64,000 nucleotides of DNA from an uncultured Gemmatimonadota bacterium (GCA_951812955.1 OX638340.1:1856001-1920000), one strand, 5' to 3'. Counted from the first letter of the stretch, positions 36,983 through 46,769 are shown. Numbers and translations are program-made. Notes: generated from the letters alone by a model not told the origin.

Positions 36983-37864
36983 ATGCATGAGATCGTGCAA
37001 CATGATCACGCGCAAGATCTCCTCACGCTTTCCGGACCCTGCCTGGAATCACGCGAGAGCGAGAACAACCTGCCTCTGGGCCTTGCGCATACGCTGGCCA
37101 GGGATCCCCGGTACTTCGGCGATGATCCACCACTGCTCCTGAGCATACTGGAAAACGGCATTCCCGTCGGCGTAGCGGTCAGGACGCCGCCGCGTAAAAT
37201 CGTCCTGAGCCGATTCGATGCCGAAATCGAAGCGGCCGTGAACCGGCTAGTCAAACACCTGCGCAGCAATCCAATGATGGTTCCCGGCATCGTCGGACCG
37301 GAACGGGAATCACAGTGTTTCGCGGACCGCTGGTCGGAAGCCATTCCCGGACTTGCCGCAACGATTTCCACTCGGTTGCGGGTATTCGAGGCGCGCAGAA
37401 TTGTCGACGTGCCTCTTGCGCCGGGCTGCCTGCGCCGGGCCGGGATGGAGGACCTTCCGTTAATGTCCGAGTGGATCGAGGGCTTCGCCCGGGAAGCGTT
37501 AGGAGAAAAATCCGATCCCGGCAAGGCGCTGGACAAAGCGGAGAAATACATTGAAGAAAGGAATCTGTTCGTCTGGGACCATGGGGGACCGGTATCGATT
37601 GCCAGGGAATCCCGGCCCATGAAGCACGGCACGGTGATCTCGCTGGTGTACACGCCACCGGAACGCCGCGATCGGGGCTACGCGACTTCGTGCGTATACC
37701 GGTTGACGAAGAAACTGCTTGCGGGACGGTATCAGTTCTGTAGCCTGTTTACCGATCTGGCGAATCCGACCTCCAACCACATCTATCCGAGGGTCGGTTA
37801 CGTACCCTTAGGCGATACTTTGGAATTCGATTTTGATCACGCGGCAGGACCTACCGAACGCTGA
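36983..37864 (+). CDS. GNAT-family acetyltransferase (two-lobed, COG3393-like)
   Basis: C-terminal GNAT core (LVYTPPERRDRGYATSCVYRLTKKLL...IYPRVGY) preceded by a ~150-aa N-terminal lobe. Confidence 0.6.
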   Translation: MHEIVQHDHAQDLLTLSGPCLESRESENNLPLGLAHTLARDPRYFGDDPPLLLSILENGIPVGVAVRTPPRKIVLSRFDAEIEAAVNRLVKHLRSNPMMVPGIVGPERESQCFADRWSEAIPGLAATISTRLRVFEARRIVDVPLAPGCLRRAGMEDLPLMSEWIEGFAREALGEKSDPGKALDKAEKYIEERNLFVWDHGGPVSIARESRPMKHGTVISLVYTPPERRDRGYATSCVYRLTKKLLAGRYQFCSLFTDLANPTSNHIYPRVGYVPLGDTLEFDFDHAAGPTER

Positions 37865-37950
37865 CCCTGTGCCTGCATCGCGCCATTTAGCGCCACAAAA
37901 CGAGCGTCTACCGCACGGCGAAGATCACTGAGTTCATAGGAGTACTGGTT

Positions 37951-38787
37951 ATGGGATATCAACTAAATGAGCAGCAACTCGCTTTCTTTGACACCTTCGG
38001 ATACCTGGGGTTTCCAGGTCTGCTTGATGATCGTATCGACGAGATCATCAACGACTTCGAGGAGGTCTGGGCAAGTCGCGGGGGCGGCCATCACGGGCGG
38101 CCCCATGACGGTAAGGAGCGCTCCTGTATTGTACCGTTCATTGACCAGCAAGAACGGCTTTCCAGCCTGCTGGACGACGACCGGATCAGGGGCATCGCGA
38201 CCAGTCTGTTGGGCGATGACTTCAACTATATGGGCAGCGATGGCAACTACTACGCTGGAGATACCCGGTGGCACTCCGATGGATGGCACCCTGAAACACT
38301 GCACATAAAGATCGCCTTTTACCTGGACGAATTAACACGGGACACCGGCTGTCTGCGGGTCATTCCCGGCAGCCACAAGCGGGATGACGCCTATGCGGAT
38401 TCACTGCAGCAGCATGTCGGAGAGAGTTCGTCCGTGTGGGATACGGACCCGCGGGATGTGCCTGCGATGGCGCTGGAGACCCGTCCGGGCGACATCGTCT
38501 GTTTCAATCACAATACCAAGCACGCCTCATTCGGCGGCGGCGGGCACCGGCGCATGTTTACCATGAACCTGTGTCAGCGCTATCCCGAGCATCGCCTCCA
38601 GGAACTGCGCGATTACATCAGCGGCGGAGCCCGTTTCTGGTTGGACGAAGCATACGGTGAGGCGATGATCCGCACCGCTACTCCGGATCGCAAGCGTCAC
38701 CTGGAGCAGGTCATGGCCAACGACGATCACTTGCCGGAGTTGAGCCGCCAGGCCAGGGAAAGCATGAGCGAACCGTCAAGGGGCTGA
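37951..38787 (+). CDS. Phytanoyl-CoA dioxygenase (PhyH)-family Fe(II)/2-oxoglutarate oxygenase
   Basis: HxD facial-triad motif (RWHSDGW), a distal His (NHNTKHAS) and LRVIPGSHK. Confidence 0.75.
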   Translation: MGYQLNEQQLAFFDTFGYLGFPGLLDDRIDEIINDFEEVWASRGGGHHGRPHDGKERSCIVPFIDQQERLSSLLDDDRIRGIATSLLGDDFNYMGSDGNYYAGDTRWHSDGWHPETLHIKIAFYLDELTRDTGCLRVIPGSHKRDDAYADSLQQHVGESSSVWDTDPRDVPAMALETRPGDIVCFNHNTKHASFGGGGHRRMFTMNLCQRYPEHRLQELRDYISGGARFWLDEAYGEAMIRTATPDRKRHLEQVMANDDHLPELSRQARESMSEPSRG

Positions 38788-38877
38788 TCTCGCAGCTCGT
38801 TCGTCGACTAACCAGTTAGAATGAACGGCCAGTATACGTGGCGGTACACTGGGTATTCGTTGCGCGCACGCCTCAGT

Positions 38878-39732
38878 TCAGGTCATCTTCCATTTCGTGT
38901 CGGGAATATCGCCGTGCTGGACGCGCCGCTCCAGTATGGGCGTCTGACGCAACTCGCGAATCAGTTCGATCAGGCCGTTGATGGCGGCCTCCAGGAACTT
39001 TTCTCCCTTCTCTTTCGTCGCTTTGGTGGCATCCCCCATGACCCCGCTGGGCGATATCGAACTCCAGTAGGGCACCATGCGGGCGTCGGATCCCTCGGGA
39101 TGCCCGCTGGCCAGGAGATCGGTCTTAAAACTGTTTGGCAGGGGACTCCTGTTGTCCACAGCCTTGTCCATTTCAACCAGATCGGGCTTGAGGGCAAGGT
39201 ATAGAGACGTCTCGTATTCCCCTCCATGAGACGTGCCGCCATAGTCCGAGTCGCGTAACGCCTTGCCCACCTCCCTTGCCTGCCTCAGTCCCCAGTGGTT
39301 GGCGCTGGCGCACAGTATCTTCCCTTCGAAATCGATGACGGTAAGGCGGGCGGCCAGGTCGAGGGGCGAGGTGTTGCTTCCGTGGCCGTTGATGATCAGG
39401 ATGCGCTTGAAGCCGTGATAGGCCAAACTGCTGCACACGTCCCGGACGTAGTTGATGAAGGTGTCCCACCGAATGGTGATCGTCCCGTGGAAATCCATGT
39501 GATGGGGACTGTAACCGTGGGTCACCGGAGGGGCGAGCACGACCTCCTCCGGTATGCGTGCCGCGGCCCGCCGGCAGATCTCCGTCGCCAGGACCACGTC
39601 CACGTCCACGGGCAGATGGGGACCGTGGTCCTCGTAGGTCGCCACCGGGAGGAGTGCGACCCGGTCCTGGGCGGCCGCGTCCCTTATCTCGTTCCAGATC
39701 ATCTCCGAGTAGTCGTACTTGACCGACGCCAT
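38878..39732 (-). CDS. Creatininase-fold amidohydrolase
   Basis: Motifs YEDHGPHLPVDVD, ILIINGHGSN and SHGGEYETS. AGGAGG lies 5 nt upstream of the ATG at 39732. Confidence 0.8.
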   Translation of the reverse strand: MASVKYDYSEMIWNEIRDAAAQDRVALLPVATYEDHGPHLPVDVDVVLATEICRRAAARIPEEVVLAPPVTHGYSPHHMDFHGTITIRWDTFINYVRDVCSSLAYHGFKRILIINGHGSNTSPLDLAARLTVIDFEGKILCASANHWGLRQAREVGKALRDSDYGGTSHGGEYETSLYLALKPDLVEMDKAVDNRSPLPNSFKTDLLASGHPEGSDARMVPYWSSISPSGVMGDATKATKEKGEKFLEAAINGLIELIRELRQTPILERRVQHGDIPDTKWKMT

Positions 39733-39815
39733 CAAGGCCTCCTTTTCACTGGTTCTTTCACCTTTACGGGTTCAGGTTATACTACCGTTACGCTTGCTTG
39801 TACATGCTTTTCATA

Positions 39816-41063
39816 TCAGATCAACTCCATGTATTTCAGCGACTTGCGGTATAGATCCAACGTCTCGTCGTATTGGGCGTGACGACCCTCGGCAACGATC
39901 TGTTTTCCCGCGACCGAGACGGATCTCACCGCCCGCGGCGTGGCGCCGAAGAGGATGGCGTCAGGAGCGTGATCGGGATCCATGGCAGCAATGGATGGAT
40001 CGTCGGGATCCAGGTGGACATGATCATCCCGCCAGGATTCATCCAGACCGCAGGCCGCGTATCCCAGTCTCGTAGCCGCGTCAAGCAGCACCTGCGCCTC
40101 AGCCACTGTATGCCGCTTCTCCAGCCGTGACCGCTCGTCCAGCTCCACGGCCCGGATTTCCTCGAAGGCGTTCTCGCATGAGTGGCTGTCCACGCCCACG
40201 CAGAGGTGGGTTCCGGCCCTGAGCAGCTCGGCCGCGGGCGGGAGCCCATCGCCGAGATCTCTTTCCGTGGTACGACAGATGCACACCATGCACTTGTAGT
40301 CTCCCAGCGCTTCGATTTCACCTTCATCGAGATGCGTGGCGTGCACGGCCACGAACCGCGGGGACAAGACACCTTCATTGGTAAGTAACGCGACGGGCGT
40401 GGTCCCGTATTCAGACCTGCATGCTGCAAGCTCGGCCCGTTGTTCGCAGACGTGCATGTGGTATGGAAGTTCATGTTCTTCGGCGTAGGCCGACAGAATG
40501 CGGATATCGGGGAGGGGCACGGCCCGAATGCTGTGGGCGGCCACGGCCACGGAGACGTCGGAATCATCCGCGTAGCGCGATCTCAGCACATCGAGATCCC
40601 TTAACACGTCATCGATCGACGGGTCGATGAACCGTTTCTGCGCCGGTACCGCGGACCGCCGGTAACCTGCTCTCAGGTAGGCGGTACGGATCAGGCAGAT
40701 ACGCAGGCCGACATCCCTGGCAGCACGCACGACTGCATCCGCCAGTTCGGTGCGGTCTGCATAGGGACGCCCCCCGGGACCATGATGCACGTAATGGAAC
40801 TCACCGACGGCCGTAACCCCGGACATCGCAAGTTCGGTATAGGCGAACCGCGCGATCGCGTACAGGTCATCCGGTCGGAGCCTTTCGACCAACCGGTACA
40901 TCTCGTCCCGCCAGCCCCAGAACGTGCCCGCGCGGGTCGCGCGGCGCTGGGTCCGCCCACGAAGCGCACGCTGGAAAGCGTGGGAATGGGCCGTAGCGAG
41001 ACCGGGCATGACCCAGTGGCCTTCTTCGTATTGAACGGAAGGCAGGTTATTCCCGGAATTCAT
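39816..41063 (-). CDS. hutF: Formimidoylglutamate deiminase
   Basis: HutF-specific blocks: HSHAFQRALRG, FWGWRDEMYR, GEFHYVHH, AAHSIRAV, HMHVCEQ, AVHATH, ERDLGDG and GVDSH. ATGA overlap with hutI. The N-terminus looks about 30-40 aa shorter than the Pseudomonas HutF I recall. Confidence 0.8.
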   Translation of the reverse strand: MNSGNNLPSVQYEEGHWVMPGLATAHSHAFQRALRGRTQRRATRAGTFWGWRDEMYRLVERLRPDDLYAIARFAYTELAMSGVTAVGEFHYVHHGPGGRPYADRTELADAVVRAARDVGLRICLIRTAYLRAGYRRSAVPAQKRFIDPSIDDVLRDLDVLRSRYADDSDVSVAVAAHSIRAVPLPDIRILSAYAEEHELPYHMHVCEQRAELAACRSEYGTTPVALLTNEGVLSPRFVAVHATHLDEGEIEALGDYKCMVCICRTTERDLGDGLPPAAELLRAGTHLCVGVDSHSCENAFEEIRAVELDERSRLEKRHTVAEAQVLLDAATRLGYAACGLDESWRDDHVHLDPDDPSIAAMDPDHAPDAILFGATPRAVRSVSVAGKQIVAEGRHAQYDETLDLYRKSLKYMELI

Positions 41064-42343
41064 GGGTTCAACACCTGCCCGTTCTTGATCACGGTATGCA
41101 CCGGGTTTCCGCCAAAGAAATAGGGTATGTGGCGGTAATCGGCCTCGTTCAGAATCAGTATATCGGCCCGCTTGCCGACTTCAATGGAACCGGTCCGGTC
41201 CCCCTGGCCGATGGCGAAAGCCGCGTTGATGGTGGATGCGTTCAGCGCTTCCGCGGGGGTGAACCGCTGGTACCTGCAGGCTATGGCCATGACCGTGGGC
41301 ATGGATGGACAGGGTGCCGAACCGGGATTGAGGTCGGTGGCGAGGGCTACGACGGCGCCGGCTTCCATCATTGCCCGCCCATCGGCGTAATCTGCCATAC
41401 CTAGGTTGAAGTTCACCGCCGGTAGCAGGACGGCGATCGTGTCCGAGCGGGCCAGCGATTCGATCGCCTCCCGGCCCGTCACATCGAGGTGGTCCACCGA
41501 GGCGGCGCCGAGTTCCATGGCCATGGCGACTCCGCCGAAATCGTTGAACTGGTCCACGTGCATCTTCGCTTTCAAACCGGCATCAATCCCGGCCTCCAGC
41601 ACCCGCCGGGACTGGGCGAGATCGAATGCGTGGTCTTCGCAGAACACGTCGACGTGCAAGGGAACTTCGCGATCCGAGAAGCGCGAGGACTGGTACCAGG
41701 CCGCCGCTTCCGGCAGGATCTTCTCGATCACGCACCGTGTATACGCTTCGGAATCTCCCTCGAATTCCGGTGGCACCGCGTGAGCGCCCAAAAAAGTGGG
41801 CACGATGTCGCAGGGATGGTCCCGGTCTAGCTGTTCGATGACACGCAGCATCTTCAGTTCGTCGGGAGCGCTCAGACCGTAACCGGTCTTGATCTCCACG
41901 GTCGTTGTGCCCAGTGCGAGCATCTCGTCGAGACGGGTGGAAGCGGACGATACGAGTTCGTCCACGGTTGCGGCCCGCGTGTACCGGACCGTATTCACAA
42001 TTCCCCCGCCTGCAGCCATGATCTCCAGGTAGGAAGCCCCCTTGATCCGCATCTCGAATTCCGCGGCGCGGGCTCCGCCGAAGACCGTGTGGGTGTGGGC
42101 GTCTACGAAACCGGGACAGAGGGATCTCCCACGGCAATCTATCGTGCGCTTGCCCGCGTACCTGCCATCCAGGTCCTCGGCCGGTCCGACCGCCGCGATC
42201 ACCCCGGCCTCTACCGCCACCGACCCGTGCTCGATCATGTGCACCGAGGCCATGTCCGAACCGCGCCGAGGTGTCCCGGGCGACCGTGGCGTGCAGGTCA
42301 CGACCTGATCCGCGTTGTGGAGGTAAAGATCGACGGGTTTCAT
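41060..42343 (-). CDS. hutI: Imidazolonepropionase
   Basis: PGFVDAHTHTVFGG and GGGI motifs, and the overall amidohydrolase pattern of HutI. Sits in hut context. Confidence 0.9.
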   Translation of the reverse strand: MKPVDLYLHNADQVVTCTPRSPGTPRRGSDMASVHMIEHGSVAVEAGVIAAVGPAEDLDGRYAGKRTIDCRGRSLCPGFVDAHTHTVFGGARAAEFEMRIKGASYLEIMAAGGGIVNTVRYTRAATVDELVSSASTRLDEMLALGTTTVEIKTGYGLSAPDELKMLRVIEQLDRDHPCDIVPTFLGAHAVPPEFEGDSEAYTRCVIEKILPEAAAWYQSSRFSDREVPLHVDVFCEDHAFDLAQSRRVLEAGIDAGLKAKMHVDQFNDFGGVAMAMELGAASVDHLDVTGREAIESLARSDTIAVLLPAVNFNLGMADYADGRAMMEAGAVVALATDLNPGSAPCPSMPTVMAIACRYQRFTPAEALNASTINAAFAIGQGDRTGSIEVGKRADILILNEADYRHIPYFFGGNPVHTVIKNGQVLNP

Positions 42344-42408
42344 ATGCCCGCTCGATGAAAGATGGGTGGTCTTGTCGGTCTCGGAGGTTTCATTGCGGCG
42401 CCGGCGTT

Positions 42409-42444
42409 AAAATGTCAAAAGAAAGGGCCCGAAGCTCGTTGCCC
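42409..42444 (-). terminator. Hairpin plus U-rich tract between hutH and hutI (possible attenuator or partial terminator)
   Basis: Minus strand reads GGGCAACGAGCUUCGGGCCC, with GGGC/GCCC and CGA/UCG pairings, followed by UUUCUUUUGACAUUUU. Starts 15 nt after the hutH stop. Confidence 0.3.
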
Positions 42445-42459
42445 AACTTGCGGTACGTC

Positions 42460-44049
42460 TCAGTCCAGCGTCGGACCCGGAATCTCCAACTTCTCCCCGA
42501 CCGCACCGACCACGTCCCCCCGTGCGACCAGACCACGCATGATTTCGATCAGCGGCGCAAGCGGTACGTCGCGGTCCAGGAAGGGCACGTGCCGGCGGAT
42601 CATTCGGTACGCCGCGCCGGTCCCCCGTCCCATTCCATCCGGCGTGACGCCCGGTTCCCGGCACCTGAAATCGATGGCCTGTGCCGCGTCAATCAGTTCT
42701 ATGGCAACGATGGTCTCTACGTTTTCCAGGACCTGTTGCGTATGATGCACCGACGCCGCACCCATGCTCACGTGATCTTCCGTATTCGCGCCGCTCGGTA
42801 TCGAGTCCGCGCTGGCCGGGTGGGCCAGCACCTTGTTCTCCGACGCAAGGGCCGCCGCCGTGTACTGGGTGAGCATCAACCCGCTTTCCAGTCCGCCATG
42901 GTCCGTGAGGAACATGGGCAGGATGCCGCCGTTGGAGTCGGCGTCTACGAGCCGGGCCGTACGCCGCTCGCTCATGTTGCCCATGTCTACGATCGACAGC
43001 TTCATGCTGTCCATCGCCACGGCGATGGGTTCGCCGTGGAAGTTGCCCGCGCTGATGATCTCCGTGTCTTCGGGATCATCCCCGGCGAAGACCAGGGGAT
43101 TGTCGTTCGCGGAGTTCAGCTCGATGTTGATCATCCAGCGGGCGTAATCGATCGTGTCCCGGACCGCTCCGTGCACCTGGGGGACGCAGCGCAACGTGTA
43201 GGGATCCTGTACGTTGCCGGGATCGTCGGAACGGAGCAAACGGCTGCCGTGCAGCATGTCCCTCAGGAAGGCCGCGCAGGCGACCTGCCTGGGATGGGGA
43301 CGGATGGCGTGCACGCGGGCGTCGTACGCACGGTCGGTGCCGATCAGCGCTTCCAGGGTCATGGCGGCCGCGATGTCCGCCGTAAGCGCGAGATTTGTGG
43401 CCCGGTGTACCAGCAGGGCGCCGAGTCCCGCCATGAGGGTCGTGCCGTTTGTGAGGGCCAACCCCTCCTTCGCCCCCAGGATAACCGGTTCAAGCCCCGC
43501 CTTCCGGAGGGCCGTTGCGCCGTCGAGACGGCGGGAACGGTACATGGCCTCACCTTCTCCGATCAGCACCAGGGACATGTGCGCCAGGGTCGCCAGGTCT
43601 CCACTTGCGCCAAGGGAACCCCGGCCGGGGATGCAGGGGTGCACGCCCTCGTTGAGCATGTCCACCATCAGCTGGACGACTTCGGGCCGGATGCCCGAAT
43701 AGCCCATGGCGAGCGTATTGGCCCGGACGATCAGCATGGCGCGTACGGTCTCCTCGTCCAGTTCGGGCCCTGCACCGGCCGCGTGGCTTCTTATCAGATT
43801 GAGTTGCAATTCGGCGACCTGTTCGGAAGAGATCAGCTTGTCCTTGAATCGGCCGAAACCGGTGGTGATCCCGTAGGCGATCCGGCCCTCCGAGACCAAT
43901 CGATCCACCACTTCCCGGGAGCGTTTCATGCCGGGGAGGGCATCGGGGTGTATTGCGACGGGGCGGCCCTTCGAGACGGCGACCACCTCGTCGATGGTGA
44001 GATTGTAACCCGTGAGAGGCAGGACATCCTGGGAACGATCCATATCCAA
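42460..44049 (-). CDS. hutH: Histidine ammonia-lyase
   Basis: MIO-forming GSLGASGDLA motif, about 530 aa, hut context. Confidence 0.95.
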   Translation of the reverse strand: MDMDRSQDVLPLTGYNLTIDEVVAVSKGRPVAIHPDALPGMKRSREVVDRLVSEGRIAYGITTGFGRFKDKLISSEQVAELQLNLIRSHAAGAGPELDEETVRAMLIVRANTLAMGYSGIRPEVVQLMVDMLNEGVHPCIPGRGSLGASGDLATLAHMSLVLIGEGEAMYRSRRLDGATALRKAGLEPVILGAKEGLALTNGTTLMAGLGALLVHRATNLALTADIAAAMTLEALIGTDRAYDARVHAIRPHPRQVACAAFLRDMLHGSRLLRSDDPGNVQDPYTLRCVPQVHGAVRDTIDYARWMINIELNSANDNPLVFAGDDPEDTEIISAGNFHGEPIAVAMDSMKLSIVDMGNMSERRTARLVDADSNGGILPMFLTDHGGLESGLMLTQYTAAALASENKVLAHPASADSIPSGANTEDHVSMGAASVHHTQQVLENVETIVAIELIDAAQAIDFRCREPGVTPDGMGRGTGAAYRMIRRHVPFLDRDVPLAPLIEIMRGLVARGDVVGAVGEKLEIPGPTLD

Positions 44050-44065
44050 CCGATTCCTTCCGGGT

Positions 44066-45715
44066 TCAGTCCATCATGGGGATCTTCACGCCACGGGCTT
44101 TCGCAACTGCCTCGGCCTCTTCGTAACCGGCGTCGACGTGCCGGGCCACGCCCATGCCCGGATCGTTGGTGAGCACACGCTCCAGGCGCGCGGCCGCCTC
44201 CGGTGTGCCGTCGGCGACGATGACCTGTCCGGCGTGCAGGCTGTATCCGATGCCCACGCCGCCGCCGTGATGGTAACTCACCCAGGTGGCTCCGCTGGCC
44301 GTATTGATGAGCGCGTTCAGCACGGGCCAGTCCGCGATGGCGTCCGACCCGTCTTTCATGGCCTCGGTTTCGCGGTTCGGGCTGGCGACGGACCCGCTGT
44401 CCAGGTGATCCCGGCCGATGACGATGGGCACACTGATCTCGCCCGAGGCAACCAGTTCGTTGAATTTGAGCCCGGCCCTGGCCCGCTCCCCGTAACCCAG
44501 CCAGCAGATTCGGGCCGGCAGCCCCTGGAATTCCACGTGCCGCCGGGCCATCGTGATCCAGCGGAACAGGTGGTCGTCCTCGGGAAACAGTTCGAGGACG
44601 GCCTGGTCCGTCCGGTAGATATCCTCGGGATCCCCCGAGAGGGCGACCCAGCGAAAGGGCCCCCTGCCTTCGCAGAACAGGGGCCGGATGTAGGCCGGCA
44701 CGAAACCGGGATAGTCGAAGGCCTCTTTCAGCCCGTTGTCGTATGCGCGTTGCCGGAGGTTGTTGCCGTAGTCGAAAACCACGGCCCCTCGCTTCTGCCA
44801 TTCGAGCAGGGTCCGTACGTGCACAGTCATGGATGCGATCGAGCGTTCCTGGTATGCGTCCGGATCGCGGTCGCGCAGCATTGCCGCCTCGTCAGGCGAC
44901 AGACCTGCGGGTATATAACCGTATAGCGGATCGTGGGCCGCGGTCTGATCGGTAACTACGTCGGGCGCCAATCCCCGGTCCAGCAGTTCGGGAAGTACCT
45001 CCGCGGCGTTACCGATCAGGGCGATCGACCGGGCTTCACCCGCGCTGAGTGCCTCGTTCACCCAGGTCAGCGCCAGGTCGAGGTTTTCCGCCACGGTATC
45101 CACCTGGCGCAGTTCGAGGCGCCGCCGCGCCCGCCGGGGATCCACCTCCACCAGCAGGCCCACGCCGCCGTTCATGGTGATGGCCAGCGCCTGGGCGCCG
45201 CCCATCTCTCCCAGGCCGGCCGTGACTACGAGCTTTCCCGCCAGGCTGCCCCATCCTTGCTTGCGGGCCAGCGCGCCGAAGGTCTCGTAGGTGCCCTGCA
45301 GGATGCCCTGCGTTCCGATGTATATCCAGCTTCCGGCCGTCATCTGGCCGTACATGATCAGGCCTTCGCGCTCCCAGGTATCGAAGTGCTCCTGTGTGGC
45401 CCAGGCCGGTACCATGTTGGAGTTTGCGATCAGAACGCGCGGCGCGTCTGCATGGGTGCGAAAAACCGCCACGGGTTTGCCCGACTGCACCATGAGGGTT
45501 TCGTCGGGTTCCAGGTCGCGCAGGGCGCGCAGTATGGCGTCGAAGGCTTCCCAGTTCCGGGCGGCCTTTCCCCTGCCGCCATACACGACAAGGTTGTCAG
45601 GATCGAAAGCGACCAGGGGGTCCAGGTTGTTCTGGATCATGCGGTAGGCCGCTTCGATGAGCCAGTTCTTACAACTCAGCTTCGTCCCCGTGGGGGCTTT
45701 CACGTTTCGTTTCAC
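44066..45715 (-). CDS. hutU: Urocanate hydratase
   Basis: Near-full-length match to HutU as I recall it: [66 protein letters not shown] start at 45715. Confidence 0.95.
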   Translation of the reverse strand: MKRNVKAPTGTKLSCKNWLIEAAYRMIQNNLDPLVAFDPDNLVVYGGRGKAARNWEAFDAILRALRDLEPDETLMVQSGKPVAVFRTHADAPRVLIANSNMVPAWATQEHFDTWEREGLIMYGQMTAGSWIYIGTQGILQGTYETFGALARKQGWGSLAGKLVVTAGLGEMGGAQALAITMNGGVGLLVEVDPRRARRRLELRQVDTVAENLDLALTWVNEALSAGEARSIALIGNAAEVLPELLDRGLAPDVVTDQTAAHDPLYGYIPAGLSPDEAAMLRDRDPDAYQERSIASMTVHVRTLLEWQKRGAVVFDYGNNLRQRAYDNGLKEAFDYPGFVPAYIRPLFCEGRGPFRWVALSGDPEDIYRTDQAVLELFPEDDHLFRWITMARRHVEFQGLPARICWLGYGERARAGLKFNELVASGEISVPIVIGRDHLDSGSVASPNRETEAMKDGSDAIADWPVLNALINTASGATWVSYHHGGGVGIGYSLHAGQVIVADGTPEAAARLERVLTNDPGMGVARHVDAGYEEAEAVAKARGVKIPMMD

Positions 45716-45808
45716 ACCTGAACTTACGCGTTCCTTTCACGGTTCTTCCACTCTTCGTGGGCTAAACCTGAACTTACGCGTTCCTTTCACGGTTCTTCCA
45801 CTCTTCGT
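45716..45808. repeat. Exact 43-bp direct duplication (45716-45758 and 45766-45808) separated by 7 nt
   Basis: The two copies are identical base for base when read from the sequence. The right copy holds the last 32 nt of coding sequence, the stop codon and 8 downstream nt of the RraA-like gene. The left copy abuts the hutU GTG start. Confidence 0.95.
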
Positions 45809-46448
45809 AGATGAAATCTGGGCTGGTGATCATGTCGAAATGGGACCGCTCCCAGGTCCTGATTTCCCCCGCCTTTCTCAGCGTGTCTGCCGCGATGTCG
45901 AGGGGGATCTTCACCACGCCGTCGACGTCGGCGAGCAACAGGTCGCCGGTCTGAACCAGCAACTGGCCGGCGACGAGGGGACGGCCGACTGCCCGCACGT
46001 TGAAGGGACCGTGGCCCGATACCGTGCCGATGCCCCATATGGGCAGTCCCGCCCCCCGGATTCCCTCGAGATCGCGCACGCAGCCTTCGACAACGGCGCC
46101 CACCACGCCGAGCTTTCGGTGGATATGCGCCATGCCGTCACCGAAAAGGGCGGCACGCTTTGGGCGGGTGTCGACGTCCTTCATCACCGCGATCTTGGGA
46201 CCCGGTGTCTCGTTGAGCACGTCGTAGTAGTCGGACCAGTTCATGTTGGGGGGAGTGGGGTCCAGCGGCGTGACCTCGGAAGTCACGGCATACCCGACCA
46301 CGGTGCCGAATTCGGGCGTCAGGTACTGTATCTCCGGTCCGGTGTAATCGTCATTGGAAACGCCCTGTACTTTTTCTACGGCGTTGTATACCGTGGCCGA
46401 GTCGAATTCGGCCAGTCCGGTCAATACGGCGTTGTCCACGCGGGTCAT
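45774..46448 (-). CDS. RraA-family protein (HMG/CHA aldolase / oxaloacetate decarboxylase-like)
   Basis: 224 aa. FDSATVYNAVEKV, GAVVEGCVRDLEGI and the VSGHGP region fit the longer class II aldolase-type RraA family. Confidence 0.8.
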   Translation of the reverse strand: MTRVDNAVLTGLAEFDSATVYNAVEKVQGVSNDDYTGPEIQYLTPEFGTVVGYAVTSEVTPLDPTPPNMNWSDYYDVLNETPGPKIAVMKDVDTRPKRAALFGDGMAHIHRKLGVVGAVVEGCVRDLEGIRGAGLPIWGIGTVSGHGPFNVRAVGRPLVAGQLLVQTGDLLLADVDGVVKIPLDIAADTLRKAGEIRTWERSHFDMITSPDFIYEEWKNRERNA

Positions 46449-46769
46449 TCAGGTAACTCCTTTAATTGAAGAAAGAACAGATATTTGACGTATATAAAAC
46501 CGTCGCTGAGGGGAAGGTGAGTCGAGCGCTGTGCCTCGTAGGCTATAATCGATACGGGATGATCAAAAATCAAGGGAATTACGGAACTTACACCGCGTAA
46601 TCCACGGCCACCCGCGTCAGCAATTTGACCTGGTCCTCTCACCAAGTCGAATGAATCAATCGTTCGACGTAAATGCGTTGACACAGGCACGTACTTGTGT
46701 CATTTTCTCCTGGCAAAGCCAACTTCAATGGCGTGTCAGAACAAGAACCGTATTCAGGAGGTTTTTTTT

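Noticed and set aside
42271-44172. 633-aa ORF on the + strand
   Set aside because: It lies entirely antisense to hutH, whose identity is unambiguous from the MIO motif and full-length similarity. The translation is Arg/Gly/Pro-rich, a low-complexity pattern typical of a shadow ORF in high-G+C DNA.
45716-45808. Possible CRISPR or REP-type repeat
   Set aside because: There are only two copies with a 7-nt spacer and no cas genes. The repeat is simply the duplicated end of the adjacent CDS.
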